Below are positions 38,928 to 52,253 of a stretch of DNA of 64,000 bases, one piece after another; positions within the stretch are counted from its first letter, which is position 1; each line of letters opens with the position of its first letter. The notes under the pieces were generated by a model. That model saw nothing but the letters and a program-made list of their open reading frames with translations. It was not told where the DNA came from and ran no database searches. A program made the position numbers and the translations under genes. This DNA is from Eledone cirrhosa. Its lineage: Eukaryota. The DNA lies in NCBI GenBank assembly GCA_964016885.1, contig OZ024747.1, forward strand, positions 85,064,001-85,128,000, written 5' to 3'.

Positions 38928-40763
38928 ATAATAATAATAATGAAATTATTGTGTGCAGTGCTCAGGTGCACTACAACTCATCAAAGGTGCATGTATAGTA
39001 CATAGAATAATATACAAATGTCAGGGAAGTGAATAGTGTATGAGTCATGATATACACGTGTGCGTGTGTATGGAGGGGGAATATTAGGTGTAGCGTTGGT
39101 GAATCTCAGGAAGCATGGAGGTTTTAAAGGATGCAGTGTCTGGACAGCTAATAACTGATGCAGGTAGTTTGTTCCATGCTTCAGCAACTCTGAGCGTGAA
39201 AAAATGTTTCCGAAAGTCATGGGAGCTGTGCTGTTTTCTGACTTTGTGGACATGCCCACGTGTGTTAGACACATGGAAATCAAAAAAGTACTCAGGGTTG
39301 TTGTTGGCAAGATGGTTAATAATTTTGTGGGTGTTTACCAAGTCAGTTGCCAGACGTCGGAGCTTCAATGTATCCATGCCCAGAGAAGCGAGGCGTTCAG
39401 AGTATGGTAGATGCCTGATGGAGGGTATTCGCTTGGTTGCACGTCTCTGAACAGTTTCCAGGCGGTCAATGTTCTGAGCAAGACAGGGTTTCCAGACTGG
39501 TGATGCAAATTCTAAGTGTGGCCGCACCATAGCTATATACAGCTTTAAATAGATAGCTGACAAAGGTCTTGCTGTGTTCTTTTTTTTTAACATTACTAAT
39601 ATGTTTTAAATACAACGCAAATCGTTGCTGACAGTAATGCCCAGGTCACGTTCACAAGAGGACTTTTTGATATCAGTGTTGTGGAGGGAGTATGTGGACG
39701 CTGGATTTTTCCTTCCCAAATGCATGGTGGTACACTTGTCCACAGCCAACTTCAGTTGCCAGTCTGTGATCCATTGCTGCATTGTGTCCAGGTCTGATTG
39801 TAGGAAAGAGTTGTAAATTTCAGGATCAGTCCTTTTGATTTCAAGGTACAGCTTGATGTCATCTGCATATTTTAGTACCGTGGCATTCTGTAAGTTGGCA
39901 TCTATGTCGTTAATATATGCCACAAACAAAAGAGGACCAAGAACAGATTCCTGTGGTACACCAGATGACATCTCATATGGTGAAGAATGCTGTCCTAGAA
40001 CCGTGACTACTTCTTTTCGGCTGAGAATGAAGGATTTCAACCAGTCGAAAAGATCATCTCTCACACCCATTGCAGAGAGTTTTGCCATAAGTCTTTTGTG
40101 TGGCACAGAATTAAAAGCCTTAGCAAAGTCAAGGTAAACAACATCCACCCATGAGCCGCTGTCAGTGATCCGGGTGATGTCCTCAAGGAACTCTATAAGC
40201 TGATCACAGCAGCTGGAGTTAGGGATAAACCCAAACTGTGAGGGCCGGATGAGGCTGTGAGAGCTCCAGAAGTTCCAAAGTGTTTCTCTGACACAGGATT
40301 CCATCAGTTTGGCCGTACAGCTAGTAAGACTGACTGGACGATAGTTGACAGGTGACATGCGGTTGCCCTTTTTGAACAGGGGAATGACACTGGCAGTTTT
40401 CCACTGCTCCGGAGTAGCACCATTGTTGAGACAGTATTGAAAGAAGAAAGAAAGCTGGCGCAAAAGGAAATACCCGCCACGTTTGAGAAGCAGGTATGTC
40501 ACACCATCAAGACCAGGGGAGGCATAGTTGCGCTTATTCTTAAGGTGACGTCGCAACATTGCAGGTGTAAATTCCATAGTTGTTATGGAATTTGATGTTA
40601 GAGATGGTGGAGATGGTACATTCTGGTTTTCAACAGTAAAAATACTTGCATAGCACTCAGCAATGAGTTCTGCGCATTCCTTGGGATCGTCAGTGATCTG
40701 GCTTGTGTGGGGATTGCGAAGAGGAGAAACTGGAGAGTGAGGTCTCTGCTTTGAATGTCGATG
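38928..40763 (-). mobile_element. CR1-clade LINE, 5'-truncated, with RT domain
   Basis: NYRPVSLTS, YLDFAKAF, SGVPQESVLGPLLF, YADD, ERDLG, VRPHLEFAS and TRGH motifs; (ATT)n tail. Confidence 0.92.
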
Positions 40764-41563
40764 GTGTCTTGGCATCACTCAGCAAGACCTTTGTTAGCCG
40801 CTCTCCAGCCATCTATTTAAAACTGTATACAGCTATGGTACGTCCACACTTGGAATTCGCATCATCAGTCTGGAACCCCTATCTTGCTCAGAATATTGAC
40901 CTCCTGGAAACTGTTCAGAGACGTGCAACCAAGCGCATACCCTCCATCAGACACCTACCATACTTTGAACGCCTTGCTTCCCTGGGCATGGATTCATTGA
41001 AGCTCCGACGCCTGGCAATGGACTTGGTGAATACCCACAAAGTTTTTAACCATCTCGCCAATTGCAACCCTGAGCGCCTCTTTGATCTCCATGTGTCTAA
41101 CACACGTGGACATGCCTACAAGATCAGAAAACACCACAGCTCCCATGACTTTCGTAGACATTTTTTCACGCTCAGAGTTGCTGAAGCATGGAACAAACTG
41201 CCTGCGTCAATTGTTAGCTGCCGAGACACTGCATCCTTTAAGACACTCATGCTTCCCGAAATACGCCAAAACTACACCTGATGTACCCCTTCCATACACA
41301 TGCACACATGTGTGTATCATGACTCGTGCACTGTTCATTTTACTGATTTTGTGCATTGCCCTATGTACACTACATGCACTTTTTTGATGAGTTGTGGTGC
41401 ACCTGGGCACTGTACACAATATTTCATTATTGTTATTATTATTATATCATGACTCGTACACTGTTCATTTTCCTGACATTTGTACATTATTCTATGTACT
41501 ATACATGCACCTTTGATGAGTTGTAGTGCACCTGAGCACTGTACACAATAATTTCATTATTAT
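40764..41563 (+). mobile_element. Second CR1 3' fragment in opposite orientation, plus a duplicated 3' tail (~41446-41563)
   Basis: ORF 40703-41281 is homologous to 39084-39593. Two successive gatgagttgt.gtgcacctg.gcactgtacacaat tails follow. Confidence 0.88.
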
Positions 41564-41984
41564 ATAAATAACATTACAAATGCTTAAATAACATTATAAA
41601 TTGCTCGCAATTCGTTCAGAAGAACATTACAAGAAAAAAAGAAAATGGAAAATCTTTTATTCACAGTTGTATAAATAATATAATAATATAATGGTTACAG
41701 AACGAAAACAAACACATATAATATATACAAAGTAGGTAATACATACATCTAGGGTCACATACAACAAAGGGGAGGCGAAAGGGGTGGACAAACAAACCGC
41801 GACCAGAGCAAAAGATAACAGTATCGCGAGGAGCACTGGGAAACCTCTCTATTACAAATATAATGTCGTTGATAAACTCAAATATAAATGCAAAAAGGGT
41901 GGTGGTAGTAAAAACGACCATCAATTTACCATCAAGTGCGACGATCGGCCGCACATCACATCATTAGGGTTAACTAAACATTTT

Positions 41985-42155
41985 GAGAGAAGCCAATACG
42001 CTCGTAGCATTGCCACGGGTGATGGCGAGGCTAAGGCGCTGAAACAGCTAGCACCCTCACAGGCATCACCTGACACCTCAGTAAGGCATGCCGCCAGCGA
42101 TGACAAGGACTTCGCTGTCAGCGGCCCAACTCCACCAAACGTCTCGAACGCCACA
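41985..42155 (-). mobile_element. CRE-type retrotransposon C-terminal fragment
   Basis: AFETFGGVGP...LTEVSGDA, then after a frameshift LFQRLSLAITRGNATSVL; homologous to 32715-32870. Confidence 0.7.
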
Positions 42156-42774
42156 TTATGAGAAGAAAATTTGTAAAGTCATGACTCAACGAACTTATCT
42201 CAGCACATAAAAGAAATCTCTTTCTAATTCTGAGAGTATACCATTGAAAAGTATGTGTGTGTGAATGAGTAGTGTTGTGCAGTGTACCCGTATCCCCACC
42301 CCTTGGTGACAAGCCCGGAGGATCAATATATCCAGTTACAGACCGGGCATTTGTTGTATCGCAGAAGAAAAGGCGCAGTGTTGGATGCTCCTTCGCTGTT
42401 TTACAAGTCTCCGTTTACCTTTGATGTTTTTAGTTCCATGCTGTGTCAAAGTGCTGGACTACATCATAAATAATCTATTTCCACTTGTGTCGATTATTCG
42501 CCAATGATGTCACACTTTTTTCAAATTTCCTTTCAGTATGTTCAGTAATATAGGCAACGATAGGCGGGGTCGTTAACATGGCGTCGGTAGAATGTTTTAC
42601 AGTATTCGTTCTGGCTCTCTGCGCCCTGAGTTCAAATCCTACCAAGGTCAACTTTGCCTTTAATCTTTCGAGGTCGATAAATATATTATCAATCCAATAC
42701 TAGGATAGATTCTTCACCCCCTCTTCTCCCTTTCTCTCGGATATCGGCTAGGTTGGAGTAAATGGATGGGGTCT

Positions 42775-43100
42775 ACAATCTCTGTAGGAGAAACCCTACG
42801 TCTCCACTCACGCAGGGTTTCCCCACAGACATCCGTGACCTCGCCACCCGTGTGGCATGACACGTGCTCGTTCAGCTCCCAAAAGTCCAGTACCGGCTTC
42901 ACCTTGTTATTCGTGGGTTGCGCCACCACCATTAACGGCAATACTCCTTACTTCTCCTCCTCTTTCCTGGGAAGCAGTAGGCCCTCCTCAATCCATTGAC
43001 GACCCAGTGCGGATTTTACGCAGCCAAGAGAAAATTTCGCCTTCACCGGTAAATGCTCTTATCGCTTCTCCGCTCATTCGTAATCTCGAAGAAACGTCGT
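42775..43100 (-). mobile_element. LTR retrotransposon RT N-terminal fragment
   Basis: PLMVVAQPTNNKVKPVLDFWELNEHV resembles the K.R..lDfReLN start of Gypsy-type RT. Confidence 0.6.
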
Positions 43101-43292
43101 CTGTTATTTATCTTCTTTCAGGTGAGTTTATTGCATATTATCTCCAAAATATTTGATCCTGCTCTGCTTTATCATTGTTGCATCATCTATCACTCCAGCT
43201 GTATACAAAACTCCCAAATTGAATTAATTACAAATAAACAAATGGTATTGACGTATGGATATGGCTTTAGAACTATATCGGCCTATCATCGT

Positions 43293-43456
<164 letters not shown>

Positions 43457-43657
43457 TTTAGAAAACCCTTGAATCTAATAATGGGCATACGGAACAAGAA
43501 AAATTAAAAAAGAAAAAGGAAAACAATGAAAGAAAGAATGAAGTAATCTTGGCTTTTTCATATTTCTCCGTGTAATACAAATCGGACGTAATTATGTAAT
43601 TATGTGGCGATTTTCTTTTTGTGCTTTACTTTCTATTTTGCTTTTATATTAAGTTTA

Positions 43658-43716
<59 letters not shown>

Positions 43717-43819
43717 CCACACACACACGCATACGCACAAGAGAAAGAGAGAGCTGTATTTTAACTGGTATTTTGAAACGTTAGCGAAAGTTACTGATTA
43801 GTAATATTGCAACTTGCAT

Positions 43820-43863
<44 letters not shown>

Positions 43864-44026
43864 CTCATGTCCTGTACATTATGCTGCAGATTAAGTTCCT
43901 CACTAATTTTAATGTGTATATTTATTAACATATTTTTCCATTACTCCCGTAAAAATAATAAATAAACAGAACTAAGGATGTGTCAACGTGTGCAGTACGC
44001 ACGTGTGTGTCTGTGCATGGGCGCAT

Positions 44027-44105
<79 letters not shown>

Positions 44106-44342
44106 GCACATTATATATAGCACCATATTTGTAAGCATGACTGCGAAGATATAGAAAAATAGTTTCAAAAGTAAACAACCTTTTATAATGTTTATATAAA
44201 AGCTTAAAACTTTCTTTGTCTCGCACCCCTTCTTTCACTTTCCAATATAAACTTATGTACTATATATTTGTTTAATTCTTTATCTGTTTTTGCGATAAAC
44301 AGCGCAATTTCAAATGTCTATTTTCATTGCTTAATAACAATA

Positions 44343-45737
44343 TACATATACTTAAAACACATTTGTCATGTTATTTATAGAACTGTGAATAATATATATA
44401 TATGTTCTTAAGTCGTTATAGGCTTCTTGGGAGAAATGTTAAGTTGCGATAATTATAACATGTCCAGTACCATTGTTACTACTCAGACGATTTAATTGCC
44501 ACCGCTAGTTATGAAATTAGTTAGGAGATGTTAAGCAAAACGCGGAGTAGCCACTGTAATAATTCAGATTTTAATACATATATAAGCTCTTCTACATTTA
44601 TTGAGTTTGTAAACAAGAAAATATATCAACCGTCCGTCGAAGATCAGAAACGATAAACTAACTCGCAATAACGATTTGCGAAGATCCAACTGCAAAATTA
44701 TAAATCGCATCTATTGTATCGCTTATTGCTCTCTCGCATGTATTCATTTATCTTAACATGTTACATATATGTACGTCAGTATATATATATGAGTAATATA
44801 CATGTTCAATTAATGTGCATTCCATGTGCTTAGACGCTTATTGCAATGTTAGATTGCAGTTCCATGTTGCCACGTGCATTCTATAAATTTTACCGTATGG
44901 AAATTTTAAAAAAGGTGTGTTATCAATTCGAACATATATCTATTAAAGTACCGGTATCATTCTAACACAACTATGAAAATCATTTAAACAGTGGAATATA
45001 TTTTGTCCCTCTCATTCGGAGGCACGCAATTGTTTAAATTATTTTTGTACACACTTATGTTACATTAGTAGAGATCGATTAATAAGAACATGTTCATATG
45101 TTCATTGTGTTAGAATGATACCGGTACTTTAATAGATATATGTTCGAATTGATAACACACCTTTTTTTAAAATGTCCATACGGTAAAATTTATAGAATGC
45201 ACGTGGCAACATGGAACTGCAATCTAACATTGCAATAAGCGTCTAAGCACATGGAATGCACATTAATTGAACATGTATATTACTCATATATATATACTGA
45301 CGTACATATATGTAACATGTTAAGATAAATGAATACATGCGAGAGAACAAAAGCAATAAGCGATACAATAGATGCGATTTATAATTTTGCAGTTGGATCT
45401 TCGCAAATCGTTATTGCGAGTTAGTTTATCGTTTCTGATCTTCGACGGACGGTTGATATATTTTCTTGTTTACAAACTCAATAAATGTAGAAGAGCTTAT
45501 ATATGTATTAAAATCTGAATTATTACAGTTGCTACTCCGCGTTTTGCTTAACATCTCCTAACTAATTTCATAACTAGCGGTGGCAATTAAATCGTCTGAG
45601 TAGTAACAATGGTACTGGACATGTTATAATTATCGCAACTTAACATTTCTCCCAAGAAGCCTATAACGACTTAAGAATATATATATATTATTCACAGTTC
45701 TATAAATAACATGACAAATGTGTTTTAAGTATATGTA
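44343..45737. repeat. Long near-perfect inverted repeat (foldback): arms 44343-44970 and 45105-45737, 134-bp spacer
   Basis: The arms are reverse complements with only a few substitutions and three small indels; both outer ends are TA. Confidence 0.95.
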
Positions 45738-45994
45738 CTTATTTCATTCTGTAAGTTGTATATAATCAATTAGTAACATCCATGCCTCCCGTTATAAAAT
45801 TTATTCCGATATTTTTAATTTTTTGTGTTACGCTTTTCCGACGCAAAACCAACAATGGATTTTGTTATTTAATTACGTTTCAGAAAAAACGGTGGTTATG
45901 ATAATACTGGTGTTCTTTTTCTTTTGACTGTTGCACCTCCTTCTCCTCTCTGGTTACAACTTGCACTTGCATCGAACACGTTTTGTAAAGATAA

Positions 45995-46181
45995 ATAATT
46001 GTTTCTACTTTAGGCACAAGGCCAGCAATTACCCAGTGCATTACTGGTACTTTATTTTATCGACCCCGCAAGGATGAAAGGCAAAGTCAACCTCGGCGGG
46101 ATTTGAACTCAGGTCGTAAAGGGACTTAACTATGCTGGAAAGCATGGCGTCCGACCCTCTACCGATACTGCCAATCCACCG
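45995..46181 (-). mobile_element. tRNA-derived Meta-domain SINE; representative copy (others near 4905, 32970, 38733, 42565, 49010, 55485, 55950, 58928, 61407, 61533)
   Basis: A-box TGGCAGTATCGG, B-box GAGTTCAAATCC, central GCCGAGGTTGACTTTGCCTTTCATCCTT.CGGGGTCGATAAA and an AATTATT tail; many copies. Confidence 0.85.
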
Positions 46182-46835
46182 CGCAAATAATACCTAACAA
46201 CTACTACTAGATTTTTGTTTTTTTCATCTGAGAGGGAATTTTCAATTAATTAAGAATTTTTTGCGTACATTTTTCATTCGCACCTCTCTTAACTTATTTA
46301 ATAATACCTGGGACTCAATACTGCTAGTAGAGTCAAATTGATTATATATCGTAATAATTATACACCTGTATTTCATGTTGGCTTGAGTTGGACAGATCTC
46401 CGCGGTCAAAGTTCTTATTCGGAGTTACTGCCTTCCTAGACGCATCGTTCGTATGTTCTATCTTTGGAAAGGTTTCTACCGCTAGATGCCTTCCCTAACA
46501 CCAACTACTTTATAAATTTTAATGCGTTGATTTTAACACGACACCAACCCTATAGCGGTTGTTATGTCCTCGACAAAACTAAAGAGTTCTTTCTAACTTC
46601 GCTAACCAGTTTCTAGAGTGTACTGGGTACATTTTATCCTGGCAGCAGCTCTCTTGAGGCTGGAGTGTTCCAAGAAATACATCTCTACCATGTTATCGTC
46701 TCCATTTTATCCAAGACAAACTTGCCCGAAGGTGCGATATGGCCATTATTTCTAACAGGCCGAGTGACCACATAGGGTTTCCCTCTTAAGTGCTGTCATT
46801 GTTGATATTATTAGTGTTGATGATGTTGTTTAAGC

Positions 46836-47182
46836 CATGTGTTTCCAACCTTTTTTGCGTCTTCGTCCACTTTCTCATGGAAACATTTTCCCACCACCCA
46901 CCTCTATAGTAACTATTCAAAGGCATGCCAAAAATGTTTCGTAAAAGTTTGTTTCTAGTTCGTTACTCCCGTTTAGCCTTGTGTTTTTTTTAGTTTTTTT
47001 TTATATGCAGGTTCTTTCCTTTTCTTCTTTGAATATATATATATATATATATTTTCGAGTAACATATCTTGAAATACCTTCTTAATACTCAAAGTCCACC
47101 AAAAGTTCCAATCGCCCACCATTTTCTGTTCAGTTGTTCATCGCCCATCAACAGTTAAAACCGCCCAGGCTGGGAACCCCAG
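46836..47182. mobile_element. hAT MITE
   Basis: Degenerate TIRs catgtgtttccaacc / ggctgggaaccccag; 8-bp TSD gtttaagc / gttaaagc. Confidence 0.65.
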
Positions 47183-47426
47183 GTTAAAGCCTTGATCTAG
47201 CAGATTTATGATTAAAGGTGTCCTAGCTCTGACCCTTTTGCCTTTGATTTTTTTTTTATGTATAGTTACACTATCCAATGTGTCCTTTGTAGTGAACCTT
47301 CCCAGCAATTGAAGGAATTTATTCTACGTGTATTTTTACAGCAAACTGTTCCTTTGGATCTTCCATATATATCATCATAATCATCATCATAATCGTTTAA
47401 CACGTCTATCTTCCACGTTACCATGG

Positions 47427-47512
<86 letters not shown>

Positions 47513-47554
47513 TTACACACACACACACACTTTTTTTAAAAGATATATATAATA

Positions 47555-48600
47555 ACGGCCAACAATTTAAGGTCACTTGACAAATTTCCTTTTATTTCTC
47601 AATTATTGCGAAGTATTGCATCATCCACTTTACTTTTGTTCTGTTCAGTTTGTTGCACACACTCATTATTTAAATACTTGCTACACAGAATTTTGCAAGT
47701 TTAAAGTATGAAAGATTGCTTTTGTCAAGTGTGTACACTTCAAAAAATTGATAAACATCATTACACAGCTTGCCCTGTATATGAGATTTCTATCAAAATG
47801 GGCTGCAGCAAGCCGGCAGCCCATAATGCTACTAACAAATATCAAATTAGTGTCTCATATTCTAACAAGGAAGCAAGTGGTCTCCCCAGGAAAACTACTC
47901 CTCGTGTTCTCATATAAGTTCATACAAAAAATCAGCATTGCATGGTTTCTACAAAGTACAGAGGTGAGCCAAATGACAGCATCTCACCAGCTGGTTCATG
48001 AATTTGAGCAAAAATCTTGCAAACCTGTCTGCAACCTAAGATTGACAATGGATCTGAAAAGAAGAATTTGACATTTTGAAAAAAACTTGACCATTCTAAG
48101 ACTGTAGCAGTTTGTAGTCTACTAACATAATACAAGGAAGCCTTGTGGAGCAAGGTATGATGAAATATACACCATACAGTAAATGAAACACCCACCCTAT
48201 CAGAATATCTGGGGAGCCATTTCAAAGTCTGGTAACAATGGTTTATATTTCTTTAACCCTGGGGCAACTATTATTAGCATAAAATACTTGGAACTGAAGG
48301 ACAAACTAGAAATACATATACACATACATGGATACAACATATTTATGGGTGATGGTGCTACATGCCACAGAGCCAAGATCCTGTAAGAATATTTTAAAAA
48401 AGTTGAGGTCATAACACTAGAGTGGCTTAGAAATATCCTTGACCTTAACCTCATTGGATATTTATGAAGAACAAGGCTGCAGACAAACAACCAGCCAGCA
48501 AAAAACCTATTATTGCTTTTGTCCAACACTCTAAATTAGCTTGTTAAATGATTTGAAAATCATAGCCAGTGTCTTTCATATACTAATAAAATGACAAGTA
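47555..48600 (+). mobile_element. Degraded Tc1-type DNA transposon
   Basis: VKHP..IWG, FMGDGATCHRAK and EWLRNILDLNLI (a decayed WPGNSPDLNPIE). Confidence 0.75.
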
Positions 48601-48632
48601 AGTGTGTTTTAAAACAGCAAGTGAAGTTTGAA

Positions 48633-48830
48633 ATTTAGTAGAAATAGAAACTTTTGCTGTATTTTTGACTAAAGAAATGTTAGCCTGATAGTGGGGTTTA
48701 AAACCCTCTAAAAAATGGAACAGGATGAGTATTGACATCCTTTTCCACTTTTTAGAGGGTTTTAAACCCCACTATCATGCTAAAATTTCTCTAGTCAAAA
48801 ATACAGCGAAAGCTTCTATTTCTACTAAAT
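48633..48830. repeat. Imperfect palindrome, ~198 bp
   Basis: tgatagtggggtttaaaaccctctaaaaa / tttttagagggttttaaaccccactatca, with matching flanks. Confidence 0.9.
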
Positions 48831-50352
48831 AGTAATATTTAGTACTAAATAGTAATAAAATGGTTACGGTCAAATCATTCAGTTAAATGCTTCTATGTTC
48901 TGGAACAAAGAAATAGATATTAATTGAGACATATATCTAACTAGTCATATTTATATTTTGAAGTCTGATCAAGATCATTGTCATCAATACTAACAATTAC
49001 CTACCTTAATAATTGTTTCTACGTTTGGTACAAGGCCAGCAATTATACCAGTGTATTACTGGTACTTTATTTTATCGACCCTGTAAGGATAAGTTAACCT
49101 CGATGGGATTTGATCTCAGATCTACCTTAATAATAATGTGAAGGTGGATGGTCTATTGGTTATTGTGTTGGACACACAATCATAGGAGTCATGAGTTTGA
49201 TTCCTGGATCAGGCAGTGCATTGTGTTCTTGAGCAAGATACTTCATTTCACCTTCTGTGAGATGAAACTATATAGATGTCTAGCTGAACCTGTATATAGG
49301 TGTGAGCTGTAAATTCTATTTCCTTTTTAATAACAATGGAATTGAAATTGTCTCAAGCCCAAAATAGTTTAAAAGATATATTTTTCTTCATATATTGTGA
49401 TAAGATATGAAGAAATAGTAATATACATATCCAAACCACATCATACATAACTAAAGTAAGGAAGATTATAGTTGCCAGGATTCTAGATATCACCAGTGAT
49501 AAGGAGTTGTCATTATAAATCATAAAAGCAAATGCTACTATGCAAATAAACAAAAAAGGAAAATAATTTGCCAATATAGTAACCATATTTCATCAGGTTT
49601 CTTCCCACTAACAATTCTTGTTTGAGTATATCCAGGGTTAGTGCTACTATTAACTCCTAATGCCACCCTGTACCAGATGAAATCACATTTGAAATATATA
49701 AAACAGCACTACAACCACATTACATAAAAAAGTGAAGTCTTTATTTTAATACTGTAAATTTCCACAAGAATCTGTTCACTGGTAAAGACAGATACTATAG
49801 GCCTTTGAATTGATAAAGCCATATGTAGATATTTTCTACTAAATTATTACAGGATGTTAAGAATTAAGACCAATAAGGAAGCCATCTAAGGCATCACAGT
49901 TTTATACAAATTTGCATTTTTAAATTAGAAATATGATAATTACCTGTTAACAATAAATAAATCACAAAACAGCTTTGCATCATAACATAATTGTAAAAAT
50001 ACCAAAAGCAGTCAATAGGGTTATATGATTAAGTTTGCACTATGTAGTAGAAAATGTAAGCTTAGTAATTTTTCTTGTATGGTCAGAGCAAAAAGTGTCA
50101 AAAACTAGGTTTGTAAGCTTGCTAAATTGTAAGTTGAAATTAATTTATTTAGAGGAATAGAGTGCACATTATAGAGCTTAGTGTGCTAAATACCTCTAGT
50201 AACAGGTAGGAATAAAACATGACTATCAGTAGCATAGCTAGAGGGAGGGGAGGAGTCCACCCTGGGCAACAGATTTATGGGGGCGGCAATTTTGTGTCTG
50301 CAGTGTTCTTTTAATGCTGCAGTATAATATTATAATTGTACACAGACTAGTT

Positions 50353-50415
<63 letters not shown>

Positions 50416-50487
50416 TATTTTTATCTAAAGACATTTTTTCCAATTCCAACCCGCCTGTTCCCTCAATCTATCTTATTTCTCATTCTT

Positions 50488-50523
50488 TCTTCTGATGAAG
50501 GACTAGCATCCGAAACGTTAAGA
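50488..50523 (+). ncRNA. Minimal type I hammerhead ribozyme motif, family A
   Basis: TCTT CTGATGA AGGACTAGCATCC GAAACGTT AAGA; the core is identical to the copy at 1922. Confidence 0.75.
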
Positions 50524-51614
50524 CCCTCTTCCTGCTATATCAAGCGTTAACCTAATATATCCCTTCCATATACTGTACCGATTGTGTTGTTATTCCTGTT
50601 TACCTTTTACATACATATATATATATATATAAACTTTCAGAGTGAGTCACTGAGCAATATGTATTTTTTGTTGTGGCCTGGAGGCAGCAAACTAAAGAAC
50701 TATCCCAGGCGGCACACACTCTAGTTACATATGTGATGACTATAGGTAAACGTAGATAGAAAGGTAGATAAATATTTCAGTATTACATAGGTGAATTAGA
50801 ATTACTAATTTCCTATAAGAAGGTTACATGTTTGACAAGTATCCTGTTCGGGAGATTTGTCTCATTTGCCTCATATAGCTGAAACCATTCATGATTTATA
50901 AGAAAAGGTTAATGTTCTGTAACTAACTAGTTTTAACAATTTGTGAGCATAAAAACAAAATTCTGAAAATTGATTTGTGGCTTATTTTGTCGGTAAGAGT
51001 TAATCTTTATTACAGAACCAATATTTAACCCTTTCATTGCCTTATTTCTAATAACATACTATATTTTAATTAATGAATTTGTACTAAAATTTGTATAAAA
51101 TTTCATACAAATGGTTTTTGTATGAAATTATGTTGGAAAATTTTAATTTAAATGGGTGTTTTTTTTTTCATTGAACCAGAGGTGGTTTTAAATGACAGGA
51201 CATAAACATATTCACATACATATTTAGGCGGGCGATGGTCGTCAGTCATCGCGTCTAATTGGTTATTGTTTACTGGCACATAGTCAAACAAGGAAGAAGG
51301 AACATACCTCAATTTTATGTTATAAAAACATTTTTAATAGGAGCAATTACAGAATATATTCAAATACATTAGTGCTCCTAGGTTGGGATATATTTAAGTC
51401 ATCATATACTGCCGCATGGTGTGATGTCATCCTTTGGATCACTGCATGTAGATAGCGCAATAGAGATAGCACGTCTATTGTTCCCGAGGAGATCATCATT
51501 TAATAAATAATGTTTCAGCTACTGACGTCAGAATGTGACGTCAGAACTAGGGGTAGTTAATCGACTGCCTTCATAGTCGACGCTAGATGGCATGATCTTC
51601 TACATGGCCTCCCA

Positions 51615-52215
51615 CCAGATTTTTAGAAGGGCGAATTATGCCTAGCTGCAGCATGTGGTTGAACTCGGACCGTGCTGCCTTCAATTTGTCCGCAAGCGAC
51701 GAGGACGTGAGAACACTGGAGCGCCAGTTGTAGAGATAAAATGCTCTGTTGTGCGAGTCGGTTCGACAACTCGAAAATTTCCCTCGAGTAAGCTGTGGGA
51801 AAGAATCCAACAATGCATGATAGGGATTCCCAGCATTAGCGATGAAAAGGGTCAGGCTAACTGTTGGAAAATTAGCTTTCTGGCCACGAAGAGAAAAACC
51901 AGTAATGTCGTCTACTAGGCGTCGGCCATGGACGTCCACCGTCAATGCAAAATGGTGTAGAAAATCCGCTCCCAAGATCGGATATGGTAGGTCAGCAACC
52001 GTAAAAATCCATTTGAATTCTCGTCGAAGATTTCTGAATTGCAGAGGAAGCGAAATTTGTCCAAAAGTCTGTATCGGTGAGTGATTGACAGCTTGGAGAT
52101 TCATTGATGACTCAGGAGGAGTTACTGTCATACAAATTGACAGGCCAAATACTGCACGAAGCTCCTGTGTCTACGAGGAAGGCTCTTCCAGACAGGAGGT
52201 CTCTATGAAGAAATG
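51615..52215 (-). pseudogene. Gypsy aspartic protease and truncated start of RT
   Basis: FLVDTGASCSI at ~52150-52182, then PILGADFL and MLQLGIIRPSK, followed directly by the PPT; frameshifted. Confidence 0.85.
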
Positions 52216-52253
52216 GCGGTTTTGTTGGGTCTCGCAAAGTTCACTTGCCGCCT

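Noticed and set aside
45995-46181. tRNA genes suggested by A/B boxes
   Set aside because: The boxes belong to multi-copy SINE heads, and no cloverleaf can be formed.
49353-49586. Hydrophobic 77-aa ORF; a GDI*NPG string in another frame resembling a 2A motif
   Set aside because: AT-rich composition explains the hydrophobicity; there is no recognisable family or exon context; the 2A-like string has a stop and wrong spacing.
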